Part shown: in pieces, positions 28,367 through 38,013 of the stretch
How positions within the stretch are numbered: the stretch's first letter is position 1
How the letters are laid out: each line of letters starts with the position of its first letter
NCBI GenBank assembly: GCA_001824295.1
Contig: MHWY01000002.1
Location: 73,354 to 137,353, forward strand
Direction: 5' to 3'
Source: Candidatus Zambryskibacteria bacterium RIFOXYD1_FULL_40_13
Lineage (GTDB): Bacteria; Patescibacteriota; Minisyncoccia; Phycocordibacterales; DATDWN01
Length of the DNA: 64,000 nucleotides
Notes under the pieces: generated by a model
Database searches by the model: none
What the model saw: only the letters and a program-made list of their open reading frames with translations
Told to the model about the DNA's origin: nothing
Position numbers and translations under genes: made by a program

Positions 28367-29050
28367 TTAACTCTTTCCCAAATAGCATATCCAGAAGTTT
28401 CTTTTATACACACGGTTGTTTATTCTTGAGTAGCTAGTTTTTTTCTCAAGATTAAAAATTACAAAATATTTCTCATAAAAAGAGATGAGATCATCTTTAC
28501 TCCAAACTCTTTCTGTAACGCCGAGACCTGGCATTATGTATGTATCTTTCTCTTTTCCAGGATTATTTTTAAGTAGGTATTTTGCATTTGCATCCCCATC
28601 TTTACACAGAGCTTTCACAAGAAAATATCCACCCACTTTCAGCACTCTATTGGTTTCAGATAAATATATCTCTCTTTCCCCTTCTGATAAGGAATTTGAA
28701 GATGTAACATCTAAAACAATGTCGACTGATTCATCTTCTAGTGGAAATTTCTCTCCGATGCTTTGTTTAACATATTTTATATTCAGTCTAGCCTTCTTAG
28801 AATTCTCATTTGAAATCTGAATGGCAGTTTTAGAGATTTCAAGACCAACCACACCTGCCCCCATTTCAGCAAAATAAAAACTGTTTCTCCCCGCACCGGA
28901 GCCCAAATCCAAAACTCTGCATTTAGCAAGCTCTACCCCCTGTTTTCTTAAAAATTTAGTAAACCTAACCACATCCGACTGTGGTTTATTGTCCTTTGTC
29001 AGAAGTTTAGATTTTATATATTCCCTATCCCAGGCAAGCTCTTGTGACAT
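28367..29050 (-). CDS. Class I SAM-dependent methyltransferase
   Basis: VLDLGSGAGRN motif I. Confidence 0.88.
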   Translation of the reverse strand: MSQELAWDREYIKSKLLTKDNKPQSDVVRFTKFLRKQGVELAKCRVLDLGSGAGRNSFYFAEMGAGVVGLEISKTAIQISNENSKKARLNIKYVKQSIGEKFPLEDESVDIVLDVTSSNSLSEGEREIYLSETNRVLKVGGYFLVKALCKDGDANAKYLLKNNPGKEKDTYIMPGLGVTERVWSKDDLISFYEKYFVIFNLEKKTSYSRINNRVYKRNFWICYLGKS

Positions 29051-29096
29051 AAAGCAATTGTAACACAGAGTAGTTTCCTGTATATTTTAGTAACAC

Positions 29097-29648
29097 ATGG
29101 CTTTTTTGTACCTCATTTTTCTCCTAGTTGCCTTCTTTCTCTCTATTTTTTTTGTATTCTTTATGCTGGCCCAAACCATATCGACCTTGCTTGGTGATGT
29201 ACCATATATTCCAATTCCAAAGATTACTGAGAAAAATGTAATTGAGGTTCTCAAACTTGATAACAACAGTGTGTTCTATGATTTGGGCTGTGGTGATGGT
29301 AGAGTTCTATTGAGAGCAGTCGAACAATTCCCTCAAATCAGAGCAGTGGGGGTTGATATTGGTTTTATACCATTTTTTTTGGCTAAATTTTATATAAGAA
29401 AGTATAAAAATATTAGTATAAAAAGAGAAAACATATATAAGACCGACATACATGATGCCACGCACATTTTTCTCTATCTCTATCCAAAAGTTGTAGATAG
29501 AATATTTGTTAATATACTCAAGCAGTGCAAACCAGGCACAAAAATCGTATCCTGTGATTTTGAGCTAATAGATGTCACCCCTACTGAGATAATTAACCTA
29601 GAAACAAAAGCCCTAAGAGGAAAAACCCTTTTTGTTTATACTTTATGA
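29097..29648 (+). CDS. Membrane-anchored SAM-dependent methyltransferase
   Basis: N-terminal TM helix, VPYIP, YDLGCGDGR, IFLYL. Confidence 0.85.
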   Translation: MAFLYLIFLLVAFFLSIFFVFFMLAQTISTLLGDVPYIPIPKITEKNVIEVLKLDNNSVFYDLGCGDGRVLLRAVEQFPQIRAVGVDIGFIPFFLAKFYIRKYKNISIKRENIYKTDIHDATHIFLYLYPKVVDRIFVNILKQCKPGTKIVSCDFELIDVTPTEIINLETKALRGKTLFVYTL

Positions 29649-29687
29649 GGTATAATGATGGCTTTATTAATATCTAGATAATTAATT

Positions 29688-30443
29688 ATGAACTACATTT
29701 TATTTTCTAAAAACGAATTATTCCGAGAGGGTGCTGAAAAAATTAAAATAGAAGCCCAAAAACAAAACAAACAATGTGAAGTTTTGGAGATACATAGCAT
29801 TACAAAAAATGGCATTTTAAGACAAAAGATTGATAATACTTCCTTGGTTTATTTTTTAACGAATGATGTATGTATACCAGAATATATAGAACTATTGAAA
29901 AAAAAAGGGGCTTATATTGTTAATGAGGCTCCCTTATCTGGAGACCTGAAAAAATACATACTTCAAAATAAGGTAAAGAATAACGGAGTACGTGTCCCTA
30001 AAAATATATGTTTATCTAGTGACAAGGAAACAGGCAGGCTTAATCTAAAGTACCCTGTTTATATTAAAAGTCAAAAACAAGGAAGTTTGGTTATCTATAA
30101 TCTAAATCCAGATGAATTAAATAAAAACATAATATCTATAGGCAACATAAATGAATTTTATTTTGAGGAAGCGGTCGAAATAAAGGGTTTTGTACTAAGA
30201 AAATTCTACTATATTAAGGAAGTGATTATTGACATGGATAAAAAAAATACGGATCCTGTGCCAGATTGGCTATATATAGTCTTAAAAAATATCTCATTAT
30301 CGTTAAAATTAGAAGTTTTTTCTTCTGACATTTTTGTAAATTGGTCCAGCCAAGAATATTTCTGTATTGATATCAACCCAGCTTCATCATTTTTTAAATC
30401 TGAAAAAGCTCGCAAAGAATTTGTTAGAAATATTTTAATATAA
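29688..30443 (+). CDS. ATP-grasp (RimK-like) fold protein
   Basis: GVRVPK, YPVYIK, SSDIF, IDINPASSF resemble ATP-grasp motifs. Confidence 0.6.
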   Translation: MNYILFSKNELFREGAEKIKIEAQKQNKQCEVLEIHSITKNGILRQKIDNTSLVYFLTNDVCIPEYIELLKKKGAYIVNEAPLSGDLKKYILQNKVKNNGVRVPKNICLSSDKETGRLNLKYPVYIKSQKQGSLVIYNLNPDELNKNIISIGNINEFYFEEAVEIKGFVLRKFYYIKEVIIDMDKKNTDPVPDWLYIVLKNISLSLKLEVFSSDIFVNWSSQEYFCIDINPASSFFKSEKARKEFVRNILI

Positions 30444-31117
30444 TGACTTGGCCAGAAATATATAAAGCAAAAATTGCAAAAAAGGGTGGTTTACTACCTT
30501 TTATATTAAATAAAGAAAAAAGATCAGCTGGTGCATTAATAACTAGGTTGAAGAAAAAATTAAAACCTGAATCAAAAATACTAGAAATAGGTACTGGAAC
30601 TGGAGCTATTGGTGCTTTACTTATAAAACACGGTTTTGATGTTACTGGTATAGATATTGATGAAGAAATGATAAAAATTGCAAAAAAATCTTTTAAATTA
30701 TTTGGAAATCATAATAAAGTTTTTGTAATGGATGGAAATAACATAGTTAGTAGATTTAGAGAGAATTCTTTTGACTGTGTCATAACCCACGGAATGCTAG
30801 AACATTATTCCAATGAAGATATATATCTCCACATTAGTAATCAATTAAAAATTTCACCACTTACTATATGTGTTGTCCCCATGAAAGCAATGTCACCACT
30901 TTACCGTTCTGGTGGGTTAGGGGACGAAAGATACCTTCCAACTAGCTATTGGAAAAGGTTATTGTCAAAAAATTTTCACATCCAGAGTATTTATGGATAT
31001 GGCTTCAAAGAAACAAATAGTATACACCTGTCTGAAAAAATAATTAGGATAAATATTTTAGCAAAAATTTTTGCTCCACTTTGTGCTTTCAATGAGTTTT
31101 GGATTACTAAGAAGTAA
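30443..31117 (+). CDS. Class I SAM-dependent methyltransferase
   Basis: ILEIGTGTG, GIDID, FDCVITHGMLEHY; coupled to the ATP-grasp gene. Confidence 0.88.
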   Translation: MTWPEIYKAKIAKKGGLLPFILNKEKRSAGALITRLKKKLKPESKILEIGTGTGAIGALLIKHGFDVTGIDIDEEMIKIAKKSFKLFGNHNKVFVMDGNNIVSRFRENSFDCVITHGMLEHYSNEDIYLHISNQLKISPLTICVVPMKAMSPLYRSGGLGDERYLPTSYWKRLLSKNFHIQSIYGYGFKETNSIHLSEKIIRINILAKIFAPLCAFNEFWITKK

Positions 31118-31523
31118 CTACACTATTAACTATGGATGATACGTTCCTAAAATAGTTCTTTAGATTATCGTAACTAAGCTTTTCAATGACTTCATCCTTT
31201 GATACCCACATAATAACATCCCCTTCGAGCTCTAATCTAAGTTGTGTGTCATCGTTAGAACTAACCAGAAACATTTTTGTAGAAATACAATTTCCGTTAG
31301 AATGAATGTACTCCATATCAGGTAAGGGTTTTATTACATTTACAGTTAAGCCGGTTTCCTCTTTCATCTCTCTGACCATTGTTTGGGTTGAATTTTCTCC
31401 TAGATCAACATGACCCTTGGGAAAAGACCAGTCTTTTTCCCTGCCTCTATATAACAATGCTATGTTATTTTTATTCTCGCTACTCAAAATTATAGCTCCG
31501 GCTTTTTGTATTTTTTCAGACAT
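31107..31523 (-). CDS. NUDIX hydrolase
   Basis: WSFPKGHVDLGE...REMKEETG. Confidence 0.9.
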   Translation of the reverse strand: MSEKIQKAGAIILSSENKNNIALLYRGREKDWSFPKGHVDLGENSTQTMVREMKEETGLTVNVIKPLPDMEYIHSNGNCISTKMFLVSSNDDTQLRLELEGDVIMWVSKDEVIEKLSYDNLKNYFRNVSSIVNSVVTS

Positions 31524-31536
31524 AAAATAAAAGAAA

Positions 31537-31570
31537 AGTGACCCCTTTATCTTATCAAAGGGGCCACTTG
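31537..31570 (-). terminator. Terminator of the radical SAM/kinase cassette
   Basis: Minus strand aagtggccccttt...aaaggggtcactt followed by TTCTTTT. Confidence 0.7.
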
Positions 31571-31596
31571 GAGTCAAAGAAGATGCCACCAGTACA

Positions 31597-32124
31597 CTAG
31601 ATCCTACCTGACGACTTGAGATGATCCACTAGCGCGTCGGCCTCGAGTGCCCGGAGTGCCTCGCTGGCAACTCCGCTAAACGACCACTCAACCTGAGCGA
31701 GCAAGCATGTCTGGTGGCTGTGCCAGAAACGCTCACGCTTAATATCGAGCGCCATGTCCTCGGGGGTGCTTCGAGACAACCTGCATTTCTTGGGAACAAC
31801 GACACTCACCAACAAAGCCTCGGGCTCAATTTCAAGTACAGCCTTCCACTCATCAGGTGTGTGAATCGCGTCAAGCAGAACCACATCCTTTGAGTTTCGA
31901 TCGTACTTCATCAGCCTGAGAAGATGGTGCATGATTTCGTAACTCCCCATGTTGTGGTAGAGATCACGATACCATTCGGTGAACACTTCCTCGTTGTTGT
32001 CGATTGACGACCATTCGCGAAGAAGTTCTCTCTTCACAACATGTCGCCAACTGTAGTTATTAACAAAGAACTCCGAGAGATCACTCTTCCCAGAGCTGTG
32101 ATAACCAGCTATCCCGATGATCAT
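31597..32124 (-). CDS. P-loop nucleotide kinase-like protein (dephospho-CoA/NMP kinase fold)
   Basis: IIGIAGYHSSGKS Walker A, VLLDAIHTPDE; 4-bp overlap with the rSAM gene. Confidence 0.75.
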   Translation of the reverse strand: MIIGIAGYHSSGKSDLSEFFVNNYSWRHVVKRELLREWSSIDNNEEVFTEWYRDLYHNMGSYEIMHHLLRLMKYDRNSKDVVLLDAIHTPDEWKAVLEIEPEALLVSVVVPKKCRLSRSTPEDMALDIKRERFWHSHQTCLLAQVEWSFSGVASEALRALEADALVDHLKSSGRI

Positions 32125-33314
32125 TTTGACCTCATGAAATGGAGAGGTTGGACATCACTGCTCTTCAACGCCAGTGCGATCGCGAGACAGTTTGTCTTCG
32201 GTCCGGAAGTGGAAGAGTTGTAGCCGGGTAGCAGGAACCTCATGGACTCAATGTGTTGAGAGTCAACGAGTTTTCTCCAAACCCCAGAAAACCGCTCGTT
32301 CACGAGATTGCCGACCGACATTTCACCGAGCGGACCAAGAAAGCCACAGGTTTGCACATTGCCGTCTGGCAGAACCACCATTCCACGGTGACCTGCACTA
32401 CACGACTGACGTTCAAATGGAAGTGAAATCCGTGGTGCAACCTTGTCGTCCTTGATGTAGTGACCACGAACGTGCTTTGTCGAATCTGATGTCAAATGTC
32501 CGAGCCTCTTCCTCAGAACTTCATACTCTTCCTGAGAGAGCATTTCGCCTGACATGTTGTCTGCACGACCAGCAGGAATCAACCTGCGAATCATGACCGG
32601 CACGCTCAGATTTGAAAAAAACTCGGTAACGCGAACCACTTCATCAATGTTACTCTTCATGACGACAGTGTTCACCCTGACTGGGATACCGACATGTTTG
32701 AGCTCGATTATCCCCTTCATCGTTTTTCTGAAGGAACCAGCGCCTCTGATTGAGTCGTGAACACTCCTCATGCCATCAACACTAACGACGGCCAGGTTAA
32801 GACCAACATCTGCAAGTCTCCTTGCGATATCAGGCTTCACCAGTATGCCATTTGTGCCGATTGACGTTCGAAGACCATTGCGTCGCAGGAGCCTAATGAT
32901 GTCGTACACGACGTTGACCACGAGAGGTTCTCCGCCAGTGAGACGAACCTCTTGGACTCCAGAATTAATGAGATCTTGAACCAACCTAAGCCTTTGTGCG
33001 TCGGACATCTCGTTCGACATACGCCTACCTGAGTTGTTAAAGCAGAATGTGCAATTGATGTTGCACGCTCTGGTGATCTCAAAAAAAATGGTATCCGGTG
33101 CGCTGAAGTTGTTGCCCGGCAGGTAGGACGGCTCACGAATGAGCACGCTGTCCGTCGATAACTGAATCTCTCGCTGGAGATGTTCAGGTACACTACCGGA
33201 CTGAGAGATCGACTCGTACTCGTCTCTATTAATGTATGCGCGCTTGCCTGAGTCCGAATTAAACAGTGTACCACCAAAGACTTCTTTTCGAAGCAGTGCT
33301 TGTCCCTTAGTCAT
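32121..33314 (-). CDS. Radical SAM protein with SPASM/twitch domain (GC-rich cassette)
   Basis: CNINCTFC, LTGGEP, SVDG, CSAG...DGNVQTC; SD AGAGGAG; TTGACA-17-TATTAT promoter. Confidence 0.9.
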   Translation of the reverse strand: MTKGQALLRKEVFGGTLFNSDSGKRAYINRDEYESISQSGSVPEHLQREIQLSTDSVLIREPSYLPGNNFSAPDTIFFEITRACNINCTFCFNNSGRRMSNEMSDAQRLRLVQDLINSGVQEVRLTGGEPLVVNVVYDIIRLLRRNGLRTSIGTNGILVKPDIARRLADVGLNLAVVSVDGMRSVHDSIRGAGSFRKTMKGIIELKHVGIPVRVNTVVMKSNIDEVVRVTEFFSNLSVPVMIRRLIPAGRADNMSGEMLSQEEYEVLRKRLGHLTSDSTKHVRGHYIKDDKVAPRISLPFERQSCSAGHRGMVVLPDGNVQTCGFLGPLGEMSVGNLVNERFSGVWRKLVDSQHIESMRFLLPGYNSSTSGPKTNCLAIALALKSSDVQPLHFMRSK

Positions 33315-33472
33315 CTTTACTCTCCTCTGAATGTTAATGTGCGAACAACCACAAGAAAATCCTGTGGTTATTTGTTTTCTAGCCAAATAATAGAACTAAT
33401 TTTAAGTAATGTCAATTTTTATTTTTGAGTAGTTCTAGCAAAAATAATCATGTTAAAGACAAGCGTTCTATA

Positions 33473-34000
33473 TTACACTTTTCTATTAATTCTAAACACA
33501 TCAGAAAGTGCCTCACTAAAAGAGGTTTCTCTATTGATTATGCTCGCAACCAACTTTTTTTGTTCATCTGTTCCGTTCATAATAATATCTTTCTCATATT
33601 TTCTGATTTCTACACCAAACTGAGCACCGTTTTTTACATTATCTGACACAGTTATAGGTAAGGGTAATTTTTTACTTAAACCAGTATAAACAGCACCTTT
33701 TGGATTAATGATTGAAACAACGCATAATAAATGGTACAGACCATCAACATCTACCAATCCTCCTTCCATACCCACCGAAAAACTATAGTCACCCTTCCCG
33801 TATGAAATAATTGCATTTCTGGCCCTATTAACAGAACCAGAAATTGTTGTTCTCTCATCAAGTGGTTGATCAGTAATATTTGAACTAACATCATAGGAAA
33901 TAATTTCAGTATCGATGTTTTTTATTAGAAACCGTTTAAGCGGGCTGATTTTTTGTTCCGAAGTTGTTCCAATTAAAACAATTGTTTTTTGCATGTTCAT
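33473..34000 (-). CDS. Inosine/xanthosine triphosphatase (YjjX/DUF84 family)
   Basis: GTTSEQK, SNITDQP, GSVNRA, VGMEGG. Confidence 0.82.
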   Translation of the reverse strand: MNMQKTIVLIGTTSEQKISPLKRFLIKNIDTEIISYDVSSNITDQPLDERTTISGSVNRARNAIISYGKGDYSFSVGMEGGLVDVDGLYHLLCVVSIINPKGAVYTGLSKKLPLPITVSDNVKNGAQFGVEIRKYEKDIIMNGTDEQKKLVASIINRETSFSEALSDVFRINRKV

Positions 34001-34503
34001 TGTTGATTTTCAAAATTTGCCTTTAGCTCCAATGCTCTTTGCATGATTCTACCCCCGATTTCACCCCAATCAAAATATTGTTTGTAGTCTTTTGGGTCTA
34101 TTAGCTTTATCTCCGTTATGTCGCCGTCAGGATCTGCATCTGCTATAAAATCGCCATATGGTTCAACGATGCATACTGAGCGAGTTTGTCGAACAATGTT
34201 ACCTAATTCCTTTACATCAATAAAACCAATCAATTGCTGTTTTAAAACTTGCATGTTTGTTTCCTCCGCAACTTCTCGTATCACTGTCTCCTCAATGGTT
34301 TCTCCGGGTTCAATATGTCCACCAGGTGGTTGCCAGCCATGATTTTTATGTTTTACAAGGACTAATTTATTGTCATAAAAACAATATGCGTGCACGCCTT
34401 CTAGAATTTTCCCATCTAGGTTTTGCACTGGATCAATATCTTCGTAATATTCATAGTTTAATACTTTGCCGGAGTGGCCAGTTAACGTTGATTTTATTTG
34501 CAT
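33997..34503 (-). CDS. NUDIX hydrolase
   Basis: WQPPGGHIEPGE...REVAEET; ATG 34503. Confidence 0.88.
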   Translation of the reverse strand: MQIKSTLTGHSGKVLNYEYYEDIDPVQNLDGKILEGVHAYCFYDNKLVLVKHKNHGWQPPGGHIEPGETIEETVIREVAEETNMQVLKQQLIGFIDVKELGNIVRQTRSVCIVEPYGDFIADADPDGDITEIKLIDPKDYKQYFDWGEIGGRIMQRALELKANFENQQ

Positions 34504-34507
34504 AATT

Positions 34508-36064
34508 TTAGCTCTTCGGTAGTTCCATATAGAAAGTAGAACCTTTGTCTTTTCCTTCGGATTCAACGCCGACTTTACCACCGTGAGCTTCAACCACATT
34601 CTTTACGAACACAAGACCGTAACCAGTTGAATTTACATTAACCTTAAGTGAATTAGCTCCCCTTCCGCCCGACTTGAATAGTCGCTCTCTGTCCTCTGGT
34701 GCGATACCGACTCCGGTATCCTTAATTTTGACTAGTACAGACTTGTCTGTTTGTGATAGTTCTACATCTACACTTCCAGCCAGGGTATAGTTTATGGAAT
34801 TATCAATAAGGTTTCTGACTGATTCTCCAAGTTGGATAATATCCCCAGTGGTATGATAATCTCCTTCTTCAATTCTGAGATTAACACTGAGACCCTTTTT
34901 CTCAGCGTTTTCCTTCTGTTTTTCGTACACCTCCTGTACAACCACCTTCATATCCATCGGTTTCATGTCGTACTGTAGTTTTCCGCTTTCTGCACTTGAA
35001 CCGTTAAGGATTCCCTGAAGATAACTTACGCCAAGGTTTGCCTCGTCTAAACCTTTTTGAAGTAATGGCAAGGTGGCTGGTGGCATTGTCCCATAGTCAT
35101 CAGTCAAAAGCTCAGCAAAAATATTTTTTGATATGCCAAACTTACCCTTAACCTGATGATTCATAAAGTGCATTAGACTTGCCTGATTACGATTTGTTTC
35201 CTGTAACTGGTCTGCCAACTTTTCAATTTTTTCCTTCTGCTCAACCTCCTTATAAACTCCCCTAACGAGAAAGCCACTGAAAATTGAAATTAAAACAAGT
35301 AGTATAAATCTAATTACCCATGATGATGATGTATCTGTTTCCAATAAATTAAAGAGAAAAACAAGGAAAATAGCACCGCTAAATAATTGCGCTGAAATAA
35401 TCTTGATGTTAAACATTTTGTACTTCAATACTCCGTAACTCATAAACATTACATATAGCAATATAAAGTAATTTCCGAATGGATATATATTTATCACTTG
35501 CGGAAAAAAATCAGTAATTCCACCACCAAAACCAATTAAACCAGCAATTAATGTGTTTCTAATTTGTGCATGAAAAATAGGCCTGTCTTTACTTTTTATA
35601 TATGCATCAATAAGAAAAAATAATGATGTTGTAACAACAAGAGCAAAAAATATTGGAAAGACAATATAATACTCTCCAGGGCTAACCCAAAAAAAACCAA
35701 ATCTTGTGGTCATTCCGGCCTTAAAATAATGTGTAACACTAAAAATAGCTAAAATTGAACCAAGGTACAAGAAAAATCTTCTTAAAAAAAAGAGCTTAAT
35801 TTCTAGTAATTCACAGACAAAAGCAAAATATGTTATTGGTATAAAAATCGCAGAAATATCAAGCAAATATTGCCATCGTAAAGCAACAGCTACATTACTT
35901 GTTGAGGTGACACCATACAGACCTAACCCCCAAAGTGAAGTTGCAATTGAAACAGCAAACCACATTTTGATAATCTTTGATTTTCTATCTGAAGAATACA
36001 AAAAAAGACCAAAGCCAAGACCGGCAAAGAAAATCATCACACTTGTTATGCCAAACAGGTTCAT
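34508..36064 (-). CDS. Membrane sensor histidine kinase (7TM-type N-terminus), orphan
   Basis: Multi-TM N-terminus; H-box FMNHQVK, NLIDNSINY, DTGVGI, GYGL. Confidence 0.88.
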   Translation of the reverse strand: MNLFGITSVMIFFAGLGFGLFLYSSDRKSKIIKMWFAVSIATSLWGLGLYGVTSTSNVAVALRWQYLLDISAIFIPITYFAFVCELLEIKLFFLRRFFLYLGSILAIFSVTHYFKAGMTTRFGFFWVSPGEYYIVFPIFFALVVTTSLFFLIDAYIKSKDRPIFHAQIRNTLIAGLIGFGGGITDFFPQVINIYPFGNYFILLYVMFMSYGVLKYKMFNIKIISAQLFSGAIFLVFLFNLLETDTSSSWVIRFILLVLISIFSGFLVRGVYKEVEQKEKIEKLADQLQETNRNQASLMHFMNHQVKGKFGISKNIFAELLTDDYGTMPPATLPLLQKGLDEANLGVSYLQGILNGSSAESGKLQYDMKPMDMKVVVQEVYEKQKENAEKKGLSVNLRIEEGDYHTTGDIIQLGESVRNLIDNSINYTLAGSVDVELSQTDKSVLVKIKDTGVGIAPEDRERLFKSGGRGANSLKVNVNSTGYGLVFVKNVVEAHGGKVGVESEGKDKGSTFYMELPKS

Positions 36065-36720
36065 GATTTAAAATAAATAATTGGCCATTTTTTGATAATT
36101 GCAAACTTTTTTAACTCACCAGTTGGATTAACAGCATACGGATGCGTAACTAGAGAAAGAGATGAGATGTCTGAATGGTGGTCTGTGTATTCCCACGAGT
36201 TATTGAGAGATATCCTGTTTACTTTCACGTAATTTTGGATAGCCTCGTCTTTCAGTTTACCATATATTATGTCTCCGGAAATCCTTCCTGTGTATAGCCC
36301 ATCAACTATTTCAAGTTTTGTAGATATATAATCACTAATTTCTAAATATTTACTGAGTGGCTCAATCAATACGCCAACAGCATTGGAAACTAATATGACC
36401 CTTCGGTTATTTTTTTTGTGCTCCTCAATAATTTTTATTGATTCTTTATATATTTTATTCTTAAGTACTGACTCAAAAAAATCATTAGTAATGGTGCTGA
36501 TTTGAACCTCAGATTTTCCTCTTGCAAACGAAAAAGCATATTCCATTGCGGGCCTTGGGTTTTTTATTAAACCCATTTTATAGAGAATAAACCAACTAAT
36601 TAATCGAATATAAAAAAAAGTAGAAATATAGCCTTTTTCATACAGATAACTCAAAAAAAGTTTCTGGCTCTGTCCGTTTATTATTGTATCGTCAACATCA
36701 AATATGATTAATTCCTTCAT
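36061..36720 (-). CDS. HAD-IB family phosphatase
   Basis: FDVDDT, LVSNA, YTDHHSD, AVNP. Confidence 0.88.
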   Translation of the reverse strand: MKELIIFDVDDTIINGQSQKLFLSYLYEKGYISTFFYIRLISWFILYKMGLIKNPRPAMEYAFSFARGKSEVQISTITNDFFESVLKNKIYKESIKIIEEHKKNNRRVILVSNAVGVLIEPLSKYLEISDYISTKLEIVDGLYTGRISGDIIYGKLKDEAIQNYVKVNRISLNNSWEYTDHHSDISSLSLVTHPYAVNPTGELKKFAIIKKWPIIYFKS

Positions 36721-37412
36721 ATCATTTTGCCGTAATGTGGATAATTTCTGTCAGATAACCTTGATATCTCCATGATAATTTTATCTGTTAATTCGCGATA
36801 CTTTGTTTCCTCTAACTCCTTACCGGCATGCTCAACAAAGTGTAATGGTTTTCCAATGTGAAAGGTGACTATTTTTCTGAATTTTGGTTTTTTATCATGC
36901 TTCGCCATAACAAAGTATGTACCCTTAATCCCAACTGGAACAACTGGCACATTTGCACGTGTGGCATATTTTGCAACACCCGTAAACGCATGGAGCATCT
37001 CTGATTCGTGGGGTGAACGAGTTCCTTCTGGAAAGATACCAATAACCTTCCCGTGTGCAAGATGACTATGGATTGTTTCATGTAGAATTTGTTTATCGTG
37101 ATCTTTTCTTTCAACCTTTATTTGGCTGGTCATTTTCATTAACCATGACCAAAGTTTATTTGAAAAAAACTTTTCCGCAGTTAAATAGTGAATATGCCGT
37201 GGGCAAATTGAAACAAAACAAAGGAAGTCAAAAAAACTCTGGTGGTTGAAAGCAATAATCGCGGGTCCTGTTTTTGGAATATTTTCTAGCCCCTCAACTT
37301 TCTTGATCCATATTGTGCGAACAATAGTGCCGAGCGTAATTTTAATAAAGTCATATGATAAATCCATTAACAGACTATCGTGATATTCTATATTAGAATT
37401 TTCTCTTTCCAT
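36717..37412 (-). CDS. PlsC-family acyltransferase
   Basis: NHQSFFD, IFPEGTRS. Confidence 0.9.
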   Translation of the reverse strand: MERENSNIEYHDSLLMDLSYDFIKITLGTIVRTIWIKKVEGLENIPKTGPAIIAFNHQSFFDFLCFVSICPRHIHYLTAEKFFSNKLWSWLMKMTSQIKVERKDHDKQILHETIHSHLAHGKVIGIFPEGTRSPHESEMLHAFTGVAKYATRANVPVVPVGIKGTYFVMAKHDKKPKFRKIVTFHIGKPLHFVEHAGKELEETKYRELTDKIIMEISRLSDRNYPHYGKMI

Positions 37413-37488
37413 ATCAACTTTATCTTATCACAAAAACTAGCAATTTGCAGTGCAAAGCGTTTGTTTCTTATCCTTGTGTAATACTAAA

Positions 37489-37938
37489 CTACTTATTTAA
37501 AATTTCTAGCAATTTCCTTCTATAATTTCCTGCAAGTCTGTGGTCTGCCCCTGGAATAACAATGATTGATTTTACACAACTTAGTGTCTTTGACACCCTC
37601 TTGGTTTCTTTATGTGTCCACTTTTCTTTTTCTCCAACCAAAAAAATAACCTCATCTGCCTTAATATTCTTTAAAGTCTCAACCCCAGGCATCATCGAAC
37701 ACAAAACAAGTTTTTGAAATTTCTTTTGAGTAGACAATTCACAAGCCAAAATAGCTCCCATAGAAAAACCCACCAACACTTTTGTCTCCTTAGGAACTTT
37801 AACTTTCCATGTATTCCAGTCTATTTCAGGTACATTAAAATATACCTCAAATTCTTTGAAATCTTTCTTTAGCCCCTGTCCATATAAAAAAGTAACTAAT
37901 TCGTGTTTCATAGAAAAGTATAGTTTGTGAGATTTCAC
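37489..37938 (-). CDS. Minimal alpha/beta-hydrolase-like protein
   Basis: GFSMG nucleophile elbow, VGEKE, GADH. Confidence 0.65.
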   Translation of the reverse strand: MKSHKLYFSMKHELVTFLYGQGLKKDFKEFEVYFNVPEIDWNTWKVKVPKETKVLVGFSMGAILACELSTQKKFQKLVLCSMMPGVETLKNIKADEVIFLVGEKEKWTHKETKRVSKTLSCVKSIIVIPGADHRLAGNYRRKLLEILNK

Positions 37939-38013
37939 ATATCCGACTATTCAATTATTATGTTTGAGTACTGATAGTTTACCCATCTATACTTGATAAG
38001 TTAGACACGCAGC

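Noticed and set aside
32121-33314. Prokaryotic viperin
   Set aside because: Has a SPASM/twitch-type C-terminus and no recognisable viperin motifs
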